Below, one piece after another: positions 38,790-51,437 of a stretch of DNA of 64,000 bases (within the stretch, counting starts at the first letter, position 1; every line of letters begins with the position of its first letter). The stretch spans positions 6,361,591 to 6,425,590 of the forward strand of contig BDGG01000001.1 of assembly GCA_001949185.1 (NCBI GenBank), read 5' to 3'. Below the pieces are notes generated by a model. It saw only the letters and a program-made list of their open reading frames with translations, was not told where the DNA came from and searched no databases. Source of the stretch: Ramazzottius varieornatus (Eukaryota; Animalia; Tardigrada). A program made the translations under genes and the position numbers.

Positions 38790-39702
38790 ATTTAGATACC
38801 AAACTTCGATCTCGCGCTCTTTTTCGCGCAGTTCCAGCTTTTTGGCTTCTATGTCATACACTCTCTTTGACTCGGCTTCCTTGAAGGCATATTTGCGCTC
38901 AGCAGTCTCCTTGAACAGCTTGATGAACTTGCCATCGGACACGGCTACTCGGACGCGACGTTAGAGGTTTCTTCGATTTGTTTCCACCATCCTCGCCCTT
39001 TTCGTCAGCTTCAGCTCGCTTGTTCTCCCGGTAATCCTTCTCCAATAGACGCGTATACGCAGTGATTCGCCGATAAATCGTTGCAGCAGACTTGAAACAT
39101 TTGCACATGCCGTCATCTTCCACCCATTATTGCCAGAGTAATACTCGCATATACTATGACGTCATGTGCAGCTAGTCAAGCGTACAATCCAAGTTATTAA
39201 CTGCTTTGTTGCGTCTCCCCGAACGGCCTTTCTCTCCCTCCGCCATCACAGCTTTACCTGCGTAGTCGCGTTCCTTACTTTTGATAGCTTCGGCTTGCGT
39301 TTTGGCATTTTTCTGCTTCTTGGAGTCATCTATAGCAGCGACGACTCGAGTCAGCAATTCGGTGATGCGACCATACTGCTCTTCTGTTCCAGACTTCGCC
39401 TTCTTCTTCAGATCATCACACGGAAGGCTGTTACTAGGGCGTTCACTCGGTTGATAACGGCTCTGCTGTCTAGAGGCTTCTAGAAGATCTAGAACGAGAA
39501 ACGCGTGTAAGCTGTAGGCTGGGTATACAACGTGTTGCGCGAGGAAGGCTTACCTTCGCCTGGTTCAAGGTTCGTGTAATTTCCTCCAGACTGCCGAAGG
39601 GCTGCTGGCAAAGTACGGATTCTTGGAGTCCACAAGGTCCAGGAGATCCAGATCATGGATAGCCTTGAAGAAGTTCTTAGTGGAGGGTGATTCCTTTGCC
39701 AT
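38790..39702 (-). pseudogene. Degenerate Harbinger accessory (Myb/SANT-like) ORF convergent on the transposase
   Basis: MAKESP...DLDLLDLVDSKNPY and KSGTEEQYGRITELL followed by a charged coiled-coil. The convergent two-ORF arrangement is typical of Harbinger. Confidence 0.6.
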
Positions 39703-39911
39703 TTTGGTTAAGGATCATAAGCGCCAGGAAAAATTCTCGAAGACTAGAACAAACTGGATGCAAAGGAAAACAAATGCGTATACGCCGGCCACACTTTCGC
39801 TAAAGTGCGGAGGCCGCAAAAGACAAGCTCACGTAGCTACACAGGCTCGCGGAACGGGTGACTGGTGATTACAACAGGAATTCACCCTCTGTTACTAGAT
39901 TTAACTTTCCA

Positions 39912-42900
39912 TCACTCAGCGTAACTCTCTGGACTCCCAGAGCGCGTCGAACTAAAGAGGAATGTTTTCACTTTACAATGATACCAAGATGAGCCATGAG
40001 GCGATTGTAGGAGTGAATCGATAGCCATCCAAAGTTCATGACGATACTTTGGCAAAGTATCGTCAAACGATAGTTTGACGGTTACGAAAAAGGCACTCTC
40101 CACCCACTTTTGATGACGTGGAGGAGCCATCGTCGTTGTATCGTAATCGTCAGCGTCGGACGAATAGTCACTAACACCGAAAGCAGCTTTCACAGCAAAG
40201 CCCGAGCCAGCAAACAGCTGTACAGCGTTTTCGTAACCGCTGACCGGTGAGGCTGTGTCATCTAAAACAAAATTTGGTCTTGACGGCTGCCAGGCTGCTT
40301 TAAGAGATGTACCGCCCACTTCCGGGTGTCAGTTTCACTATGCAAGGTCCGGAACTAGCCATCTTGGACCGCAGTTGGTTCAGGAGGTCTATCTGCGCCG
40401 GCGTCCTACGGTAAGGGAATGGAGAAAGTGCACTGAAGCCGGGCACACCATGAAAAGCGAACAACACGAAGCTAAACCTTAACTTTGACAAAAGATCACG
40501 CCTCGATCAGGAATGGCAACTCATCAAGCTCCGAAAGATCGTTTTATTATCTGTCCAAGTGGCGCACGCCGAAAAAATACCACCGTCAAAGTGCGCCACT
40601 TGGGAATATGATCTTGTCAAGTCTGCCGAGTTCTCAAAATTCTGCACGAGTACCTTGGATTATCGCTGGCTGTGGATCTCACTGGGAACGATTGCGATCG
40701 GTTTTTTGTCTGACAGGTCGCACCTTCGAATTCGGCACTGGAGGATCCCGCTGAGTCACAGAAGGGAGATCGGTGCGATAGTCCTCTATGACTTTCGTTT
40801 CTTGGTAGGTGGCGCGGAAGAGGTTGGCTTCTGGAGGACGCTGTTCACAATCACTCTCGGGGACATCTCTACAAATATAACAAACTCACCGATATCAATA
40901 ACAATAACCCTAAACCTGAAGTCAAACTTATACTGTAACAAGTCATACTTCAGCACCTGATAGAAGAAATCGCCCATTTCCGTGGAACTAATGTCAATCG
41001 TTCGACCAGGAGAACGATCAACGTTCTCACGCCGATTTGCAGACGTTGGGAGCAGAAAGAGTATCGAAAAGCCAAATTTCATTCTCGAAGATGGTCTCTG
41101 AAGGAGTACCACCATAGAAGTGGGACTATTATGATTCGAATTCTATCGTCTATCGATGCTTTCAACGATGCCTGCACAGTCTGGAGTCTAGACCAGTTCT
41201 CTTCGCGAGCCTTTAATTTACAGCCAATTGTCGTAATCTGACCAATCCCATATAGCTAGAAAAGGAAATCGAAGATCGGAAGTACGGTGTCCGCGTACAG
41301 TTAGGTACAAGAAAAGAACAACATTGAACAAAAGAACAACAATGTGTTAGGATGAATGGAGCAACCATCACCGTCAAGAGACCAGCTGGGTTCTTCGAGA
41401 GTGCCGCACACTTTCCTATTCCTCACCGCTTTCGTCGTTCAGATCGTCGTCGACCTCTTCTTTGTCAGGCATGGTTTTCCAGCTCGGAAGCTGCTTTCTC
41501 CAATAGCCCAGTCTTTTACTGAAGGCAGCCATGACGTCGCTGCAAGTTATGGGTTCAGCAGCCCCCGAAGTCACCCCTCCATGATGCACATTCACCCAGC
41601 CTACCAAAACGTATTGAATCAGTGCCGTACAAGGGTGTAATCGCACAGACGACAACATAATCTTTACCGGTACTGTCCGCCACAAATTGCTGCCAAATGC
41701 GGCGTACAGCCCCATGCCTTTCCCTTGGAGTATCCTGAGAGCGTTCTGTTGCGAGCCCATAAACTTCAGGACAATTTCCACCGCCCACACTTCAGGAGAC
41801 CTGTGCAGACTGGACTTATCCATATCCAAACGGACAGCATTGATGTAACGCCCACTTCCCACTTCCCATCAGCCAAAGCCCGTCAACTTACGCCACCAAG
41901 CTATATCATCACGAAACGATAGCTACCTACTTTGTTTGCCAGTCCACTTCGTGTCAGTCCACACGTCCGTTGCTGATACACCGACGACACAGCAATTCTC
42001 TATTACTCTCTTCGATTATCGAAATCTTTTCCGCGGCGGTACCACCTTCGATACGGGCATCCGATGTCTGTTCTTTTTAGTAGAACGAGCGGACTTTCGC
42101 ACTTTCTTCGCGACGACAGGCTCGTCATCCAATGACCCTTCCGAGTGTTCAATCGCTTCGTCTTCTGATAGATTGGTCTCTGTGAAAAGACAAAACAAAA
42201 ACTCTTTCAAATTGTAAGGGACGAATCCATATCCACCGACAGACAGTTCTTCTTACCCGACTCGGAAGCAGACCGTGACAAGTCCAAATACGTGGGTTCG
42301 GCCACCGCCACCTCTTTCTGGTCGTTGCTTCGGACCACCCTCGTTTTCTTAGTTGCGCACTTTTTCCAGCTGGGAAGACTCTTCCTGTAGTACGCTATCT
42401 TTTTGCTGAACGCACCAAGTAGCATATCGCAGGTTAACAGCTGCAATTAGTAGGGAACCAGATCGATTGATCGTTAACTCATTACACGTCTCACATTTTC
42501 ACCCAGCTCAGGTTTTACTTCTAGTTACCTTAGCTAAGAACCGAATAAGCTCAATACAGTACCACGATAAGTAAACCGTGGATCACTGCCGCATTGTTAC
42601 TCAATCTGCTTCGGTTTTTCGATGAACAAGTTCGACTTTGTTATTCCTGTCACTCAAGGTAACTTACCTTTCGATTCGGCCGGGACCGCGGGATGCTCTC
42701 CAGTCTTCCCCGTGACGATACCATGAAAAGAAATCCCTGAACAAAGATACACGGTGTCGTATGTGTGGTTAAATGGAATCCGCACATTCATGATTAACTT
42801 TTCTGATCACGTCGTACCTGCATCACTTTCGACCCATTTCTTTCCCCTCTTCTTCGCTGCCGATTTCCGCTTTCTTTTCAACGGTACCGCGTGCTCTTCA

Positions 42901-43200
42901 GAGCTCATTTCGGAAGTCCGCTGCACAATATCCCCGGTGCCCATATCTACAGACAAAACAGCACACATCAAGATGACTTGTCATCATACGGTAATCGCAG
43001 TCACAGTACAATATCCGTACCTTCCGGTTCGCTTTCAGGTAACGCAGCGCTCCGCTCATCTTCCGTTCATTTTGGGGGCAGATATTGAAACTCAAACAGC
43101 TGGCCAGCACCCTTCCCCTCTTCGAAGCCCAGCAGGTAGCTCGAAGCGTCACTTGTTTACGAGTACCTGGGCGTTATCTTATTTTAGGGGAGGTTATCGG
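39912..43200 (-). pseudogene. Decayed multi-exon sequence with repeated BEN-like domain segments
   Basis: GSGRYI at ~41860 and ~40320. AFSKRLGYWRKQLPSWK (41416-41862) vs AFSKKIAYYRKSLPSWK (42207-42446). Lys-rich and acidic linkers; stops between segments. Confidence 0.4.
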
Positions 43201-44156
43201 GCATCCAGACTCTTCTGAGGAACAATCATATACGGAGAAGGGGAACGCTGCTGTGTAAAGTTTCTGTTATTGAAGTAATGGTCATACCAAAATTTACTAA
43301 CATGCAAGGCGAAAAAAACGCAGAACAGCGTTGCCGTGGACCCATAAATACAATTGTGGTTTTGTAGCGTTGTATGTCGACTCGTGCGTTCAGTCATGAG
43401 CCAATACTTGTTGCACTTGTAGATACGAAGTGATAGTTTGCCTACGAAGTGACAGTTTTCTCAAACGGCGACCTGGAACATTGATCGGCCAGTTTTAGTA
43501 ATGACAGGACAAAATGATCTTGGAAGGCTGTTTCTCGACAACCCTTGTCAGTCTCGGTTTCCAAAACTGAGACTTTTTGAACACAACTGTTTTGATTCGG
43601 AAAAGCATCTTGGATGAATTTTTTCTCAATTCAAAAATTTTTAACCAAAATTTGACTGTAATCGGGTCGAATGTTCACCGTGACGCTTCAAAGTTTGCTT
43701 ACCTTACGAAACGGACAGGGAGAGGCTTGACCATTCAGTTCCACCCTGTGCCTGCGGAAGATCTTCACGCTGCATCGGTTCAGCTTTGGTCATTGGGTGA
43801 GTGTCGGCTGGCTATCTGAGCACCTTTCTACTGAGCGTGCATTTTGCGTCGAGCAATTAGCTGCTCTCGTGGCATCACAAAGCAACCTGCATTATAATGA
43901 AACTTTCACGGAAGCTAGTTCTCTTGTTTCTTCATTTCGGCTGCTATAACCCTTGCCGTCTCGTCTCGTTTCAAATAGACTGTGTACGGCGGAGGTGACC
44001 ATAGCCTATGACCGAGACCAAGACAGAAAAACAATGCATTGTCTTGGGAATCGTTGTGCCGAGGGTGTACGGCGGCAGAGCGATAACGCCAAACAACTAA
44101 AATTCGCTCCGTTGCCGGATATCGGTACATGACCAATTCAAAGTCATGTGCCCACA

Positions 44157-44513
44157 ATGATTATCCTCAGCAGCCTGACGTTTTTTTCACACTTGTTTCG
44201 TATCAAAATGTATGGAATTGATTTCTCTGTCGTTTAGTACCCAGCAGACTACGAAAAACCTTTCTGCAGGATTCAAAGTTAAATACGGCTAAAAGGGGTG
44301 GAAAGCATCACTGAAGCGACATAGTCTCGGCTGCGGAACGCGAAAATGCCGATCTTCTTGAGATTTCACCCCCTCTTGCCGCATTTAGCCCTGGATGACA
44401 CAGATGACTTTTTCTATTATCTGCTAGGTATCAAACGCTAGAGCGGTGAATTTCCTATATTTTGATACCAAACAGGTACAAAACAGAACGTCAGGAAGCT
44501 AAAGATGACCATC
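44157..44513. repeat. Foldback element with ~150-bp imperfect inverted arms
   Basis: Left cctgacgttttttt...tgtttcgtatcaaaat...cagcaga...aggggtggaaa mirrors right tttcacccc...tctgcta...ttttgataccaaaca...aacgtcagg. Confidence 0.75.
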
Positions 44514-45800
44514 CAAAGTACACGACATTAAATTGATCATTTAACGTCGTAGCTGCTGTTGTGCAAATCCTTAGTACTGAATAACTCGAGCGGTATGCCG
44601 TTGGTTCGATCGATTTGATGCATGTCATTTCTCACAGCAGCATTCTTGTTTGCGCTTTTTCTTCGAGTTGTGGTCCTTTGATAACTATATAAAATTTCCC
44701 CACCGGTTGACTGATTATTTTCAGTTACATTTTAGCTTTTGTGCTGCGGAAGTCGAATTTTCTGTCCTGGCCAACGGAAGTGGTGGCTAGGCTATCGAGA
44801 ACGCAGTTTTTGTTTCTGGTGCCAACAACAAACCGAGCTTGGTATCGTTCGTCAGCTCATCCAAATCAGGCAATATGATGGTCGAAGTTGATCGGGTTCG
44901 AGGCTGTTAGGGGAAAGTGGTATTCGGGTCTAGCTTTGGTTTTTCGGGGTAAGAGTTCTTCGGGTTGGAGGCTGTTAGGTTTGCCAGTGAGAGGAAAGAG
45001 TATGTCAGGGAAAATTGTTATTAGGGTTCCAGGTACGGGGCCGTCCGAAAGATTATAGAGAGGCGGATTCCGGGCTGACCCGATCAACTTCATAATTTTA
45101 TATCTTGAAAACTACGAAAGTTATCAAGTCAATTTCGCTGGCCAACTTGTAGAGAACACATTGAACTATGTCACTAGACGATTTTGGATTCGGGGTTGTT
45201 CAACCCTTTCTGAAGAATAATCTCGCCTTAAAACCGCGGAGTACTTGATCCCCAGGCTGGATCGGATAAGCCTGCCTCGTCGAACTGGGCCTAGCTAGCT
45301 CGGCAGAGCCGGGTAGAGAGATATCTCCGGATAATGGACTGGAGAAATATGATAAAATATGACATACTCGGATGAAAATTATACATACAGGTGCAGGAAA
45401 CAACAGAACGGAGTGATATTAGGAAAACAATGGACGAGGATTATTTTTCCTTTCGATATACGATATTATACCCTAAGGCATCCTAAGGCCGGGCGCTGGT
45501 GAAGGCATGAAACTGACGCTCGCTGACTTGTCGACCGACGAAGCAAGCTCAGCGTTCAGCGCTGGACGTATGATGTAGCCAGCTTAATATCGAAAATAAC
45601 GCAGTTGTCTCGTGCGAGTGCGACCTGCCACAAACCGCTTCAACTGGCAACTCGGTCATAGGAGACAGAAGTCCCATCTTTACTACTCAAAAGACACGGT
45701 GCTCGAACGACATCCGAAGAGGTTTTTCAAGATTGGAAAATATTGATTGATCGGTTAGATCTGATGTTGGAGAGCCGTTCTGTGTTATCGGTGCTTCACT

Positions 45801-45987
45801 GGGCGCTGACAAAAATACGATAAAATACGATAGGATATTTTTTGATACAATATCGGCGGATATTTCAATGCGGTCTTCGATATTCATTCGATATCGATAT
45901 TTCGATACGATATCTGCCGCGTATTTTATCGCAAAGTTTCGATATATTTCGATACGATATCGATATACCGTATCGTTGCCAGCACTA
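45801..45987. mobile_element. Short hAT-type MITE with CGATA/TATCG subterminal repeats
   Basis: Perfect 8-bp TSD gcttcact (45793-800, 45988-95). Degenerate TIR gggcgctgacaaaaatacg / cgtatcgttgccagcacta. Confidence 0.75.
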
Positions 45988-46481
45988 GCTTCACTGTCTA
46001 AATCATCCGTCCAACGTGATGTTGGCATATAATATATGGATATTATATTGATTTAGAACCCATTAGATGCTTTTTGCATCTAATATATCATATTAACATC
46101 TGTTAGATGCCTTGACCGAGGAAGGATGTTCATTAGTATTAAATCAGATGGAAGCAACAGCTGGAAATATTAGATTAAGATCAGCTCCCACGGAGCTCCA
46201 TATTAAAATTATTGGTGTTCGATTTCAGCTTCGGTTGATCAGAATGAGGCTTGGTTTGCGCCATTGAAAGCGGGCGACTATTAGAGCAGTGGGCCGCAGG
46301 TCTGAAAGTACGCTGCATCTGTGCTGTGTGGGTTACGTATCTGCTGTATGCTGTGCTGCGCTGCGTAAACTTATCCCGGTGGGACTAGGCTGCTGCGCTG
46401 TAATTGACTGTAAACTGCTGCTGTAAACGGTTCCTGTAAACGGCTGCCCTGCATATGAAATTTATTTTCCTGATATTAAAT

Positions 46482-48590
46482 TACTCAGAATCGGGAAACT
46501 CGTAATTAGACTGAATAACCATAAGATCACTTAGGGTCTGAGGATCTAACGACGTTCACTTTTCGTCAACTGCAGTTCGCGGTCTGCTGAAAATATGAGT
46601 ACTGGTACCAGGTGAAGAAAGACAGCTTAGTGCATAGCTGCTCATTCGGGAAAAATCCTTCTGCTTTTCGTTCCAGAAACGTAAAACATCTTGGTCTGGG
46701 TAGCCTGACATACTTCTCCACTTCATTTTCTATGGGCTTGTCCGTAGAGTACTTCGCCATGGCTTTCAGGTTGAACTTTGGTGGCTTTTTGGCTGCGACG
46801 TTGACAGCTGGAAGGTGGAAGCTATCTATACTGTGTTTGTAGTCGTACTGATACGGCGCAAACTCTCTATTTTCAAATAACGTTTTGTAAGATTACCGCT
46901 CTTGTAATTAGCTGACAATTCTGGTATATTTGAGGAAGATCTTGAAACGTATCTGTTGATGTTACAAGAAAAACAACAAGTTGCTTTCACCTTCTGCTGT
47001 AGGAGCTCCGATCTTTTCCGGCATTGGAACCTTCTGCAGGTCAGCCATGACGCGCGTGAGTACAGCCACACGTTCTTCCGCTTTCAGGAAGTGGAAGTGC
47101 TTCATGGACGGGTCCAGGAAGACAGCCCTCTTGTGAATTTTATCATGAAGCTTCTTAGTGAAAACATTTTCTGTGTGCTTCTGAAGAGCTCTGACGTCAG
47201 CGAAATCGGTTTATACTCTTTGAAATGGCAAATAGGCTCGATGTAAGCCGGAGCGACCAGATGCAGCGTAGGGGTCTTCGAAGCGGAGAGTTGAACCGCA
47301 ATATCTCTTATGGGCTCGAACAAGTCACGAATCTCCTGAATTTGTTGTCTGCTGGTTGGAAGTAGCAGCAATTCTTTCCGGTTTGCCAAGATCACTTCCA
47401 GCTCGTCGTAGGCAGTTATGTCTGAAGCCAGCATCTCGACATGGGTATTCCAGCTGATAAAGAAAACACAGTATTGCTCCATCGGCAAAACACAGTATTA
47501 TTCCATATAGCTGGATGATAGGATGGATCTCTAACAAGTTACCAGCTCACCGAGTATCGCACTGCTGCTTCAGCGTTGTTTTAAGCTGAAAACTGATACC
47601 ACCTTGCTTGCAGTGCGTCACCAAAGTCTTGAGTTGGTTCATTAACTTTAGGGTTGGCACAGCTTCCGCGGGCATCGGAAACTGAGATTTCGCTTTGGTT
47701 TTGAAGCAGGCCTGCAAGCACCTGTTGAGAAGGTGGCCTGCGCAGTTTATACGTTCAAAGTCAGTGTCGCTCAAAGCAACTTTGATGTTACCGCCTTGAT
47801 CCGTGAGGAATATGCAAAGCTTCAAATCTTCTTCCTCCAGCCCAATTTCCCGCAGCTTCCTGAAGATGAACTTCTGTACGGCCGGGCCCGTTTTCCTGTC
47901 GACACTGTCTCATTCACTGCACAACAGCAACCTTTCTCGGAGCTCCGAATTCCCGTACATGTAGTGCACTGTAAACTCTACAATCAAAATACTCAATTTT
48001 ATAAACGCCAGTAAAACAGCGCATTACACTATTTAAACTGCAGAGATTTTTTACCTGAGTAAGATGTTTTGGTGTATTTTTCCTTCGAAAAGTCAAGAGT
48101 TATACCACCACCGTTCATCCGCAGCATAGGTCATTTCTTCCAGCAGAGACTCTGGCTCCGCTCCCAACGTAGTTGCTGATTGTCGTCGGATCAGGAAGCA
48201 TATTTTTGGCCGATGGTCTGCCAGCATGGCCGTATTTCATTGTAACATCGATCACGGTGTCAATCAGGGCTCTAAATTCTTTGCCACTCACTTCTTTAAA
48301 GCTTCTTCCGTCTACAGCACAAAATCGAGCCTGTCACCCGAATCTTTATTGTGCGGTGCTGCAGCACAGCTATCGCGTAACTGTACCGGGAGAGGGCGGA
48401 GCGTAGCACAGCATGCAGCGAGACCAAGATGCCTGCCGCACAGCAGTACATTTGCTAAAAAGGCCGAATTGGCTGGATTCGACGTGCGAATCTTCGGCGT
48501 CGCCACTGTGCCAATAACTGCTCTTTCGGGCAGGACGACAGAACTGCTGACTGGTACCCTTGCATTTTGTGCAGGCCACGTCTGAAACAA
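46482..48590 (-). pseudogene. Degenerate hAT transposase
   Basis: Motifs TDQGGNIKVAL, RINCAGHLLN, LKQQCDTR, QLSASKTPTLHLV, and a C-terminal dimerisation remnant EVEKYV...SLDPQTLSDLMVI. Many stops and frameshifts. Confidence 0.85.
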
Positions 48591-48631
48591 CTACGTGCAT
48601 CAACCGTAACCGAACGGAAATATGTGGATAA

Positions 48632-48681
48632 NNNNNNNNNNNNNNNNNNNNNNNNNNNNNNNNNNNNNNNNNNNNNNNNNN
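48632..48681. other. Assembly gap (50 N)
   Basis: Run of N. Confidence 1.
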
Positions 48682-49003
48682 AGCGGAATGTCCGGAGAGA
48701 GCGAAGATGAGGAGGTGTCGATAAAGAAAGAAAATGTCGGAAAGAAATATCGGGCAGCTGGTGGAAAAATCGTTACCAGCTAAGGCGATAAATTGAGAGG
48801 CAGAAGAATAAGCCGTGAATAACAAACGAAGAAGTAAAACGTCGTGGAAATCTAATATGAACAACTGGGAAGTTCATCCACATATTTCCGTTCTGTTACG
48901 GTTGACGCACGTAGTTGTTTCAGACGTGGCCTGCACGGTACGGGCAACCATAAACTGATTTTTTTGTGGAAAATCGGACCAGCGATGGACGGATGATTTG
49001 TCA

Positions 49004-49478
49004 TAGTGATGAGCATTACACGCAGATGGTCCGTGTAATGTAAATTGTAATGTAAAATGGTGTAATTGTAAATTGCAATTACATTTTACACCAGTTTCCA
49101 TTTTACAAACCGAGTAGTTTATAACGTATAAAAGTGATATGGAGCGAGTAACATGTCAGATCAACAACTGCTGCGTTTGCACAAAGCATGGTTCTGTGCA
49201 ATCGTTTTCCAGAAATAGATAAAAAATACGGGTTGCAATAGACATAAGCTTACAAAATGGCCATATTGACGAAGTTTTTCCACAATTGTCCCACGTAAAT
49301 CAGCCGGGTTTAGATGTTTCGCGGCAGAACGCTCAAGCATACCACAGATTTTCGGCTTGTAAAATGTGTAATTACATTTTGCATTTGCATTACAACCGCC
49401 GGGAAGTTGTAATGTCATGTAAAAGTGTACTGTAATGTAAAAATGTAATTGTAATGTAAAATATAATGCTCATCATCA
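49004..49478. mobile_element. MITE with TGTAAT subterminal repeats (hAT-like)
   Basis: TIR tagtgatgagcatta / taatgctcatcatca. Many tgtaat/attaca repeats. Right end abuts the Harbinger insertion. Confidence 0.65.
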
Positions 49479-49815
49479 ATGGCCCTACTCAGAATTCAGA
49501 TTTATTTAAATCCACAGATTTAGCTCAGCTAAATTCGCGTGCAGATTGGCCCATAGCCTAAATGTAGCCCGCCCATCGAGCTAAATCTAATGCACCGAAA
49601 CAGGTCGATTTAGCTAAATCCAGCGGCGTAAATCCAGTTGTGACGTCACATGGCTTACTGTTTTCCACCGAAAACAGCTGTTTTGCACTCGTCACCCGGT
49701 ACTTCAGAGACGTGTTCTGGCGCGAAGACGGAAACATTTTCAACGTTAGTTTCATGATACTTTTATTTTGATTCACTTTATGTTAGGTCGCTGAAGTTCG
49801 TTTTTTCTTTCGGAA

Positions 49816-51179
49816 ATGTCTTCTTGCGACGCTCCTTCGATACTCTACAGAGGACAGCTGCTTCCTAAACCAGCAGTTCAGCAAGTTCTTGTACAAAGTA
49901 GGATGGCAGAAAAGTGTACGGTTCAAGCCACGAAGAGGGAAGGATGGACTAAGCAAGCAGAAGAAAGCCTCCTCCAGTGGTTAGAAACACCTGGAAACTA
50001 CGACAAGTTTCGGTCTGCTCCGCAAGACAAAGGAGATGGAAGGAAGAGAACTAGCTCCAACACCAGGATGGACATCACGCGGAAGATCGTGGAGCATCTT
50101 GCAAAGTCGGGTGCTGTAAAGACGGAAAAACAAGTAACCACTAAAGTCCATAACCTTGTTGGGAAATGGAAAGAGGCTCATCTAGCCAAGACTGGGACTG
50201 GTTTCGGTGTCAATGGCGAAGGAACCAAAAACGGAAAAGCGCTACGGGGTAAGACGAACTTTCAATTTACGGAACTGTGAAAAAACATTTCATCTTGCTT
50301 TCAAATGAACGATTTGCTCACTTTCGAGTTTTCGCTGGTGGTTAGACAGTTCTGATTGGTTGATTATTTCAAAGCGCTATAAGGTAAGATGAGGCTGTCA
50401 AAATACGAAAGTGTGTAAATACGGTTTGTTTAAGCTTTTACCGAACGATTTGCTCACTTTCGTGTTTTCGGTGATGGCTCAGCAGCTTTGATTGGCTGAT
50501 TATTGCAGAGACCATACTCGACATTTGCAAGTACTGGGACCGTCTTGATCCTGTTTTCCGCGATCGTGCTGGGATGTCTGCACCTTTTACAGGTGATAAC
50601 GAAGATGGCGTGGCGACCAACGTTTTCACACTAGCCGTAACAGATAACACGGAAAAGACTATGGAATTTCCCGAAGGGACAGCCGAAGTTTCAGCAGAAG
50701 TACCGAAAGACAGACCGACTTCTCGCTACTCTGAGTTAGAGGACCATCGGTCGGTTGCTGATAAGATGCTTGACGGTGATTATGTTCCATCAGACGACGA
50801 AGAAACTCTCACTGGATCACCTGGCTCAGCTTCAAAGAAACGTCCAAAAAAATTCAAGTCTTTGTGTGACGGCATGGATAAAATGCCAAAAGAGAAAACA
50901 ATGGATCTGGTAGGGATACTCGTGGCTAGCGGGAAAGAAAGGAATGAGCGTGCAGCGGCTAGGAACGAGGTCATGGAACGACGATTCACCCGAGAGTTGG
51001 ACTTGAAAGAAAAAGAACTGAGACTGAACGAACAGCGACAGAAAGATGATCACGAGACGAAGATGGAAGAGCTCAGAATTCGACACCAAGAGATTGATCT
51101 ACGCAAAGCCGAAATGGAATTCAAACGGACGGAGATGCTTCTAGAGTTGGAGAGATTGAAGCAGCAGCGTTTACAGTAG
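49816..51179 (+). CDS. Harbinger Myb/SANT-like DNA-binding accessory protein, 2 exons (intron 50249-50508)
   Basis: WTKQAEESLLQWLETPGNYDKFR...KVHNLVGKWKEAH...TGFG splices in phase 1 to ETILDICKYWDRLDPVFRDR. C-terminal coiled coil. Start is 49816 or 49903. Confidence 0.85.
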
Positions 51180-51437
51180 TGGTTTCCACCATGAACACCA
51201 AGACACGAAAGTTAGGAAATTAGACTTCTTACTTTTTGCTAAACCAAAAAATCCAACTTTCTAATTCTAATCGCTATTGAGACTTGAAATCGAAGTGAAC
51301 TGGACTGAATCGAATACTTTTTTCTGGAATAAACGAACTGTTGATATTTTCTTTCTTCCAGAGCATCGATCGTTGGAGAAACGTTCTCTGAATCATGAAA
51401 TGATACGAAAAATTAGCTTTCATGATTCCACTTAAAT

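Noticed and set aside
37076-39900. TIRs of the degenerate Harbinger
   Set aside because: A candidate left end (taaggcc...) has no convincing right-hand partner.
44884-45091. 14-bp inverted repeat gaagttgatcgggt / acccgatcaacttc
   Set aside because: No TSD or second copy found; cannot call it an element.
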